This document shows positions 56,859 through 64,000 of a stretch of 64,000 nucleotides of DNA, one piece after another. Source of the stretch: an uncultured bacterium (lineage in GTDB: Bacteria; Patescibacteriota; Minisyncoccia; CAIUEV01); contig CALFZX010000016.1 in the NCBI GenBank assembly GCA_937952315.1, positions 78,969 to 142,968 on the forward strand, given 5' to 3'. A program made the translations under genes and the position numbers. The notes under the pieces are model-generated. The model saw nothing but the letters and a program-made list of their open reading frames with translations, was not told the origin of the DNA and did not search any database. Within the stretch, counting starts at the first letter, position 1, and each line of letters starts with the position of its first letter.

Positions 56859-56999
56859 TAAAAATCTGCGGTAATTCCGCAGATTGTTTCGCTCTGTGAA
56901 TATTAAAGTAAGCAAAAACAGCTTTGTCAAAAAAATTAATTCTTTGTCTTTTTAGTTTTTATTTTCTATCATTCATTAAAACAATCTTAAGCGATCAAA

Positions 57000-57830
57000 A
57001 TGAATAAAAAAGAATTTGTACTGGCCGCCAATTGGAAAATGAATCCCGTCACCCTCAAGGAGGCGGAAAGAATGTTGGACGGCATTGAAACGGGTATCGC
57101 GCGACTGGGACGACAGGACTGCGGAACCTCCCTTAATGTTATCGCTTTCCCGCCGGCCGTTTATTTAGGCGCGCTGGAGAAAAGAAAGACGATTCCCTTC
57201 GGTATCCAAAATATCGGCTGGGAGTGGAAAGGCGCCTATACGGGAGAGATTTCCTATCCGATGGCGGAGAATATCGGCTGCAAATATGCGATAATCGGTC
57301 ATTCGGAAAGGCGTCGCATGTTCGGTGAAACGGACGCAACGGTCAATCTAAAGTTGCGCTCGATACTCCAAGGCAACCTTAAACCGATTGTTTGCATCGG
57401 TGAAACGAAGGAGGAAAAAGATAAAGGCCTAACCGCCAAAGTGCTGAAAGAACAAATTCGAACGGCCTTTGAGAAGGTCAGCGTTCTCGCTTTGCCTAAA
57501 ATAATGATTGCCTATGAGCCGGTTTGGGCTATCAGTAGCATGGAAAAAGGTGTAAAAGGCGAAGCGGATGATCCTAGTAATGTTCTGAGCGCTTTAATTT
57601 TAATCCGTAAAACACTTTTCGAGATTTATCATTCCGATGTGATTTCCAAAGTAAAAATTATTTACGGTGGAAGCGTAAACGGAAAGAATGTTGACGGATT
57701 TATTGCGCTAGATAAATTGGACGGCCTTCTAATCGGCGGGGCCAGTTTAAATATTTTTGAGTTTCTTACCATCGCCAGAAAAGCTTACGAAGGCAGTCAG
57801 CTGACTTTGGAAAAAATTATTCATCATTAA
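57000..57830 (+). CDS. tpiA: Triosephosphate isomerase
   Basis: ANWKMN, GHSERR, AYEPVWAI, YGGSV, GGASL. Confidence 0.96.
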   Translation: MNKKEFVLAANWKMNPVTLKEAERMLDGIETGIARLGRQDCGTSLNVIAFPPAVYLGALEKRKTIPFGIQNIGWEWKGAYTGEISYPMAENIGCKYAIIGHSERRRMFGETDATVNLKLRSILQGNLKPIVCIGETKEEKDKGLTAKVLKEQIRTAFEKVSVLALPKIMIAYEPVWAISSMEKGVKGEADDPSNVLSALILIRKTLFEIYHSDVISKVKIIYGGSVNGKNVDGFIALDKLDGLLIGGASLNIFEFLTIARKAYEGSQLTLEKIIHH

Positions 57831-57845
57831 AATCAAATAGTTAAT

Positions 57846-59069
57846 ATGATTTCTTCTCCCCCGGATATTTTGATGATTGCGCCCACCCCCTTTTTTGAAA
57901 ATCGAGGTTGCCATTTAAGAATTCGAGAGGAAGCCGAATCTCTTCAAAGGGCCGGTTGTTCCATTTTGATCGCTGCTTTTAGACAAGGAAACGAAGTAAA
58001 AAATCTTAGAATCGAGCGATCGTCGCTGGACTTGATTAATTTTGACAAAGGTCCGACAGCCAGCTGGAAAAAAATTCCCGCTTCTTTCTTCCTTTTTTTA
58101 ACTACCTTAAGATTAGTTTTTAAATATCGGCCCAAAGCAATCTATTGTCACTTGTTGGAAGGGCTGTCAATTGGCATCGTAACGCTATCAGTGGTTAGAA
58201 TTTTTTCCCTTTGGACCTATAAACCGATTTTGATTTTTGACAGTCAAGGTAGCCGCGCCGATGAAATGAAAAGTTACGGCATGATTGAAAATTCTACCAT
58301 TTTGAATTTTTTTCGCGGATTGGAAAAATTTTTACTTCGTTTTCCCGATAAAATTTTCGTTAGCTCAATCAATTACCTCAAAAAAATAAAGGAAATGCCC
58401 GGTCTAAAAGATCGAACGGAACAATTAGCCGATGGACCGTCCTTTTCTCCGGGAAAAGATATTGTTCGACGAGAAGAAAAAATAAAAAATCTAAAAAAAA
58501 TAAATCATTGTTTTGAAAAAAATGATTATCAAAGAGTGAATAAATGGCTCGAAGAAGAAAAATTTATCATAATCTATACCGGTAACTTCGGTCCGGCCAA
58601 AGGATTGCCCGACTTTATCAGACAAATACTCCCCCATTTTAGCAAGAAAGATTCGATTCGCTTTATTTTTGCCGGCGAGGGCGATTTGAAAACAAAAAAC
58701 GAGGAGATTGCGGTTTATTCGTCGAAGCTTGAAATTGAGAATCTTCCGCTCCTGCTTTCGCTGGCCGATATTGGCCTCGACCCAAAGCCAAAAACCAGCA
58801 CTGAAAGCAGTGGCAAATTAATTAATTATATGGCCGCTGGATTGCCGGTTTTAGCTATAAAAAGTCCTAATAGTTTATACTTCGTTGGCGACGAAAGACA
58901 GTTGGTAAATAGATTTAAAGAATTAAAAACGGCCATTACCAAACTGGCCAAAAATAAACGGGAGCTAGAGATGATGGGCAAGAAAAATCTTCAAAGAGTT
59001 AAGGAAAAATTTTCTTGGGATTTGCAAATAAGAAAAATATTGGCGATAATAGGCCACCGATCAATTTAA
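57846..59069 (+). CDS. GT4-family glycosyltransferase
   Basis: APTPFF..RG.H.RI, YTGN....KG, KLINYMAAGLPV, FSW. Confidence 0.88.
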   Translation: MISSPPDILMIAPTPFFENRGCHLRIREEAESLQRAGCSILIAAFRQGNEVKNLRIERSSLDLINFDKGPTASWKKIPASFFLFLTTLRLVFKYRPKAIYCHLLEGLSIGIVTLSVVRIFSLWTYKPILIFDSQGSRADEMKSYGMIENSTILNFFRGLEKFLLRFPDKIFVSSINYLKKIKEMPGLKDRTEQLADGPSFSPGKDIVRREEKIKNLKKINHCFEKNDYQRVNKWLEEEKFIIIYTGNFGPAKGLPDFIRQILPHFSKKDSIRFIFAGEGDLKTKNEEIAVYSSKLEIENLPLLLSLADIGLDPKPKTSTESSGKLINYMAAGLPVLAIKSPNSLYFVGDERQLVNRFKELKTAITKLAKNKRELEMMGKKNLQRVKEKFSWDLQIRKILAIIGHRSI

Positions 59070-59091
59070 AAGAATTAAAGAATCTATCTCA

Positions 59092-59559
59092 ATGGAGACA
59101 TTCGTGCTTGTTTTTTCAGTTATTTTTGGCGTTATTCTGCTTATTTTCAATGTAATAACTTGGCTTAAAGTCAGAAAAATCGAGAACAAAGAAAACATTC
59201 TCCTGGCCGAGGGGAAAAAATTGGACTGGGAAAGTCTTATCCCGGCGGTAACCCGAATCGATCGCGATGTAAAAGATCTTTATGATATCAGCAGTCAGCT
59301 TAATCGAGTGAGCAAGAAGGGCGTTTGTAAAATGGGTATTTGCAAATTCAACTCTCTGGGAGAAAAAAGTGGCAACCAAAGTTTCGCTTTAGCCTTACTG
59401 AATTATAAAGATACCGGTATTATCGTTTCCTACTTGAAAACGGCCAACGATTCGAGAATGTTTATTCGAAACATCAAAGAAGGCAAAAATGATCAGGATA
59501 CGCAGTTGTTGGAAGAAGAAATTAAGGCATTGGAACGAGCCAAACAAGTTGTTTTTTAA
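59092..59559 (+). CDS. DUF4446-like membrane-anchored protein
   Basis: TM, K.G..KFN.....SG.QSFALALL....G, L..EE..AL. Confidence 0.7.
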   Translation: METFVLVFSVIFGVILLIFNVITWLKVRKIENKENILLAEGKKLDWESLIPAVTRIDRDVKDLYDISSQLNRVSKKGVCKMGICKFNSLGEKSGNQSFALALLNYKDTGIIVSYLKTANDSRMFIRNIKEGKNDQDTQLLEEEIKALERAKQVVF

Positions 59560-59582
59560 TTTTAAACTATAATTTTACTAAT

Positions 59583-61379
59583 ATGCAAGAAGAAGCAGAG
59601 AAGAAAAAAATTGCTCTGCCGGAAAATATTTCAGTGAAAGAATTCGCTAAATTAACCGGTAAAACTGTCTCCGAGGTGATTGCCGTTTTAATGCAAAACG
59701 GCTTTCTGGCTACGATCAATGAATCTTTGGATTCGGAAACGGCCACTATCGTTGCTTACGATTTGGGTTTTGAGATCGAAACTCAAATTGAAAACGAAAA
59801 TAAAGAATCGGAGAGAGACAGCGATCTTAACGCCATAATTCGGAAAGACACCGCCGACGAAGACCAATTGGAAAACCGACCGCCAATCGTGACTATTCTC
59901 GGGCATGTAGATCACGGCAAGACCACTTTGCTTGACACAATCAGAAAAACTAAAGTAGTCGACCAAGAGTCGGGCGGAATCACTCAACACATTACCGCCT
60001 ACCAAGTTATGATCAAGAACAAGAAAATTACTTTTGTTGATACGCCCGGTCACGAAGCTTTCGAAAAAATGCGTTCGCGTGGCGCGCATATTTCCGATAT
60101 TGCCATCATTATTATTGATGCTTGCGACGGAGTTAAGCCTCAGACTAAAGAAGTTATCGAAAAAGTGTTAAAGAATAACATCCCCTTTTTGGTCTGTCTG
60201 AACAAAATCGATAAACCGGAGGCCAATCCGGAGAGAGTCAAAGGGCAACTGGCGGAATTGAATGTTTTGGTCGAGGGTTGGGGTGGGAAAGTTCCCCTGG
60301 TGGAAATTTCCGCCAAAGAAAACAAGAATATCGATGAATTGCTGGAGACCATCTTGCTGGTAGCGGAAATTGAAGATTTTAAAGCCAATCCCAAAGCTAA
60401 GGCAGTCGGGCTGGTCTTGGAATCTCATTTGGATAAGAATCGGGGACCGGTTGCAACCTTAATTGTCAAAAATGGGACTCTGAATATTTGCGATTTTGTC
60501 GTCGCCGGAAGAGAAAGCGGGAGAATTAAATTGATCGAGGACTACAAGGGTGAAAAAATCAAGGAGGCGGCTCCGTCAACTCCGATCACCGTTTTAGGTT
60601 TTGAAAACTTGCCGGAGGCGGGTAGTATTTTTCAGACGAAAATTAAAACTAGAAATTGCAAGAAGGCGAACGAATGGGAATCGATACAAGCTAAAGAAAA
60701 TCGATCTCGCTCTCCGCTGAAAAGAATCGAGAAATCATTGAAGAAAGAACAGTACAAAAAACTCAATGTAGTTGTGAAGGCAGATACTCAAGGCTCTCTC
60801 GAGGCACTGGAACAAATTTTAAACACTTTGATAGCTTCCGATGTGATGATTAAAATTGTTAAATCGGGTGTCGGTCAGATCACCGAATCCGATTTGGTGA
60901 TGGCGAAAATCAGCGACGCCATTCTTTATGGTTTTCGAGTCAACGCCAACGCTAGCGCTAAAGAGGCGGAAGATCAAACAAAGGTTAAGCCCAAAATTTT
61001 CGATGTTATTTATCATCTGGTCGAGGATATTAAAAACGAAATGGAAAAAAATGTTACCATCGAAGAAGTCAGAGTAGACAGAGGAACGGTCAAAATTTTA
61101 GCCATTTTTAAAACCGGAAAAAAGGATATGATTATCGGAGGAAGAATCTTGGAGGGTAAATTGGCCAAAGGCGATTTTGTTGATATAATTAGAAACGAAG
61201 AAAATATCGGTAGTGGGAAAATTGTTGAAATTAAAAAAGGCAAAGAAGGGGTTGAAGAGGCGGTTGAAGGCGATGAATGCGGTATGAGTTTCGAGTCGAC
61301 AGGTAATTTTAATAAGATAAAAGAGGGGGATAAACTTTTAGTTTATGCTCTTGAAAATCAAACAAAAACAATCGATTGA
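59583..61379 (+). CDS. infB: Translation initiation factor IF-2 (short N-terminus)
   Basis: RPPIVTILGHVDHGKT, GGITQHI, DTPGHEAF, NKID, KADTQGSLEAL. Confidence 0.97.
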   Translation: MQEEAEKKKIALPENISVKEFAKLTGKTVSEVIAVLMQNGFLATINESLDSETATIVAYDLGFEIETQIENENKESERDSDLNAIIRKDTADEDQLENRPPIVTILGHVDHGKTTLLDTIRKTKVVDQESGGITQHITAYQVMIKNKKITFVDTPGHEAFEKMRSRGAHISDIAIIIIDACDGVKPQTKEVIEKVLKNNIPFLVCLNKIDKPEANPERVKGQLAELNVLVEGWGGKVPLVEISAKENKNIDELLETILLVAEIEDFKANPKAKAVGLVLESHLDKNRGPVATLIVKNGTLNICDFVVAGRESGRIKLIEDYKGEKIKEAAPSTPITVLGFENLPEAGSIFQTKIKTRNCKKANEWESIQAKENRSRSPLKRIEKSLKKEQYKKLNVVVKADTQGSLEALEQILNTLIASDVMIKIVKSGVGQITESDLVMAKISDAILYGFRVNANASAKEAEDQTKVKPKIFDVIYHLVEDIKNEMEKNVTIEEVRVDRGTVKILAIFKTGKKDMIIGGRILEGKLAKGDFVDIIRNEENIGSGKIVEIKKGKEGVEEAVEGDECGMSFESTGNFNKIKEGDKLLVYALENQTKTID

Positions 61380-61380
61380 A

Positions 61381-62541
61381 ATGATTAAAAAGAATCAATC
61401 ACCAACCATAGGCATTGATGCGGCCGATCTTTGCTATTCCCGAATCGACGGCACAAGAATCTATATAAAAAATTTGCTTGAAAGGTTCGGCGCTTTAGCT
61501 CCCGAAACCAATTTTGAAATTTATCTTAAGGGAGACATCAATCCCGGTTTAAAGTTTAAAAAATATCCTAATTATCGGATTCACAAAGCAAATCTTCCTT
61601 TTCTTTGGACTCAATTGCGATTTCCTTTTATGCTTCGGCAAACACAGCCCGATGTTTTGTGGATGCCGTTGCACAACCTACCTTTTTTTAAGCCCAAGAA
61701 TCTTAAAACGGTGGTAACGGTTCACGATCTGGCCTTTAAAATTTTTCCCGATTTCTTTCCCAAAAAAGACTTGGTCCTTCTGAACAAACTGACCGCTTAC
61801 GCTGTCAAAAATGCCGATCGAATTATTGCTGTTTCTCGCTCTACAGCTAACGATTTGGCGGAAATCTACGGGGTTTCACCTTACAAAATAAAAGTAATCT
61901 ATCACGGCTATGATCATAAACTTTTTCACCTCCCTAGCGATAAAGAAAAAGCGAAAATTCATGAATTTTTGGAGAAATTTAAAATTCCGAAAAACGCTAA
62001 ATACCTTATTTATGTCGGCGCTATTCAGCCAAGAAAAAATTTGGGAGTATTAGTCAGCGCCTTTGAAAGAATAAAAACTCTTCATTCTTTCAAAGATTGG
62101 AAACTGGTTTTAGCCGGTGAAGAAGCGTGGCTGTTCGATGAGCTGAAAAAACAAATCAAAACTTCTATCTGGAGTAAAGATATAATCATGACCGGGAAGT
62201 TCGAGACCTCCGATTTGCCATATCTATTATGGGGAGCGGAAACATTTATTTTCCCCTCTCTTTATGAAGGCTTTGGCATCCCGATTCTCGAGGCTATGGC
62301 TTGCGGAGTGCCCGTTATTACGGCAAAAAACTCCAGCTTAGTTGAAGTGGCGGGAGAGGCGGGTCTCTATTTTGACGCTAGACGAGTTGACCAACTGGCT
62401 GCTCTGGTTAAAGATATAAATCATAACCCCGAAAAGAAAAAAGAAATGGTGGAGCGAGGTTTGGCTCGATGCCCAAGATTCTCCTGGGAGAAAACCGCTA
62501 AAGAAACTTTCAATTACCTGATTGACACCGCCCTGCGCTAG
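61381..62541 (+). CDS. GT4-family glycosyltransferase
   Basis: IGIDA, TVHDL, VGAIQPRKNL, PSLYEGFGIPILEAMACG. ATG 61381 preferred. Confidence 0.92.
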   Translation: MIKKNQSPTIGIDAADLCYSRIDGTRIYIKNLLERFGALAPETNFEIYLKGDINPGLKFKKYPNYRIHKANLPFLWTQLRFPFMLRQTQPDVLWMPLHNLPFFKPKNLKTVVTVHDLAFKIFPDFFPKKDLVLLNKLTAYAVKNADRIIAVSRSTANDLAEIYGVSPYKIKVIYHGYDHKLFHLPSDKEKAKIHEFLEKFKIPKNAKYLIYVGAIQPRKNLGVLVSAFERIKTLHSFKDWKLVLAGEEAWLFDELKKQIKTSIWSKDIIMTGKFETSDLPYLLWGAETFIFPSLYEGFGIPILEAMACGVPVITAKNSSLVEVAGEAGLYFDARRVDQLAALVKDINHNPEKKKEMVERGLARCPRFSWEKTAKETFNYLIDTALR

Positions 62542-62603
62542 TTTTTTTGCTACTTTGAATTATTTGTGATATAAAGCTGAAAGTTAAAAAATAAGTGTTT
62601 GCT

Positions 62604-62921
62604 ATGAAAAAAGGTATTCATCCCAACTACGGTCCAAGTGTAATTAAATGTGCCTGTGGCAATGAAGTTCAGACTTACAGTACTGTTTCTGAACTTTCCA
62701 TAGAAATTTGTAGTGCTTGCCATCCTTTTTATACCGGGCAGAAGAAAATTGTTGACAGCGCCGGTCGAGTTGATCGCTTCAAGAAACGGCTTGAGATTGG
62801 TAAAAATTTGAAAGAGGAGAAGCAAAAACAAAATGCCCTCAAAAAGCCACGCAAGAAAAAATCCGTTGCAAAAGCTGAAATTATCAAAATTGCTCCAAAG
62901 AAAATTAAGAGTAAAAAATAA
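62604..62921 (+). CDS. rpmE: 50S ribosomal protein L31 (Zn-binding type, Lys-rich extension)
   Basis: [29 protein letters not shown]. Confidence 0.96.
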   Translation: MKKGIHPNYGPSVIKCACGNEVQTYSTVSELSIEICSACHPFYTGQKKIVDSAGRVDRFKKRLEIGKNLKEEKQKQNALKKPRKKKSVAKAEIIKIAPKKIKSKK

Positions 62922-62933
62922 ACAGTTTTAAAA

Positions 62934-63476
62934 ATGAAATCCTCGATTCGTCCCTCTTGGGATGCTTATTTTATGGCGCTAGCTAAACTGGTCGCTTCTC
63001 GTTCAACTTGTCTCTCTCGACCAACCGGTTGCGTCATTGTCAAGGATAAACAAATAATTTCAACCGGATATAACGGTTCAATGCCCGGGGTAGCTCACTG
63101 CTCCGAAGAAGGACGGTGTTACCGACGGAGCATTCAAGCTCCCGATGCCGGAAAATACGATTTTTGTCGCAGTATTCACGCTGAGGCTAACGCCGTGGCC
63201 TTGGCAAGTAAAAAAGGGTTGGACTTGGAAGGAAGTGTCGTTTATGCCACCCTTTTTCCTTGTTTCGTCTGTACAAAGCTTTTAGTTCGCGCCGGTGTCA
63301 AGGAAATCATCTTTGAGAAAGGTTATGAATCGGTCGATAAAAACCGCGATCAACATTGGAAGGAGGCGCTTGAGTCAACGGGCGTCAAAGTCAGACCCTT
63401 CAAAATTGAAAGTGAAGATATCCAATTTATGCTAAATTTTCTCCAAGGTGACACTTCGGAAAGACGAATCAAATGA
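62934..63476 (+). CDS. dCMP deaminase (ComEB family)
   Basis: RPSWDAYFM, RSTC, TGYNG, HAEANA, PCFVC. Confidence 0.92.
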   Translation: MKSSIRPSWDAYFMALAKLVASRSTCLSRPTGCVIVKDKQIISTGYNGSMPGVAHCSEEGRCYRRSIQAPDAGKYDFCRSIHAEANAVALASKKGLDLEGSVVYATLFPCFVCTKLLVRAGVKEIIFEKGYESVDKNRDQHWKEALESTGVKVRPFKIESEDIQFMLNFLQGDTSERRIK

Positions 63477-63501
63477 ATAAATAAAAAATAATAAATTCGA
63501 A

Positions 63502-64000
63502 ATGGATTGGCCAATCTATTACAAAGATATTTTGAGACTGGGAAGCGAAAAATCCACTTTAGGCATAGCGACCGGTTGGACTATTTGCGATAAAATCACA
63601 GGAAAATGGCCCAAAAGCCTTTATGCGGTCAGTGGTCAGCTTTATACGCGCACGGGGATCAATTTTTTGGTCAGAAACTTGCTGGCAAACAAAAAAATCC
63701 GCCACTTGGTTATTTGCGGACAGGATAGAGGCGACGCCGGAAAAGAGCTAATTTCTCTCTGGAATAAAAAAACAAGCGATTATTTGGACAAAGAAATCTC
63801 GAAAAAAGCAATTTTCGAGATGATCGATCATGTCGAACTGATTAATATGCTTGGTGAAGATAACCCCGTTACTATAAAACGACAAGCGGAGAAATTCAAC
63901 CAAAGCTTACCCGCTTACGGTGAGGCGGAGATATTTCCCGAGACCAAAAAACTTGATTACAACGAACTTTATTGCCACTTCCCTACCGACTCTTCAGTTT
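63502..64000 (+). CDS. Protein with N-terminal MtrA-like domain (truncated by window end; possibly a thymidylate synthase fusion)
   Basis: Hand translation from ATG 63502 is open to the edge: MDWPIYYKD.L..G......IATGWT...AVSGQLYT..GINFLVRNLLANKKIRHLVICGQD. Confidence 0.6.
   Translation, partial: MDWPIYYKDILRLGSEKSTLGIATGWTICDKITGKWPKSLYAVSGQLYTRTGINFLVRNLLANKKIRHLVICGQDRGDAGKELISLWNKKTSDYLDKEISKKAIFEMIDHVELINMLGEDNPVTIKRQAEKFNQSLPAYGEAEIFPETKKLDYNELYCHFPTDSSV

Overview
Gene-dense, AT-rich bacterial chromosome segment using the standard code (TGA is a stop). I found no prophage, IS, integrase, rRNA or CRISPR array. Several traits point to a Patescibacteria/CPR (probably Parcubacteria) genome; this is an inference. 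The traits are rplR-rpsE-rplO without rpmD, a tandem array of VirB2-like pilins, a PrgI-like gene, a short AspRS, mostly Shine-Dalgarno-less starts and many glycosyltransferases. Housekeeping genes include dnaG, mutM, groEL, ddl, smpB, aspS, miaB, rpoD, rplS, dnaX, htpX, dnaK, atpBEFHA, tpiA, infB and rpmE, plus five tRNAs, and normally conserved operons are broken up. Most notable: (1) an intact group A [FeFe]-hydrogenase and, 15 kb away, a short NuoF/HydB-like flavoprotein with non-bifurcating signature residues; (2) two CIRCE operators sharing an identical spacer that contains the -35 box; (3) a dispersed surface-glycosylation and pilin toolkit, including an STT3/AglB-like GT-C protein; (4) an MtrA-like domain protein next to dCMP deaminase; (5) an Ivy-like secreted protein; (6) a 39-aa ORF missed by the ORF track.
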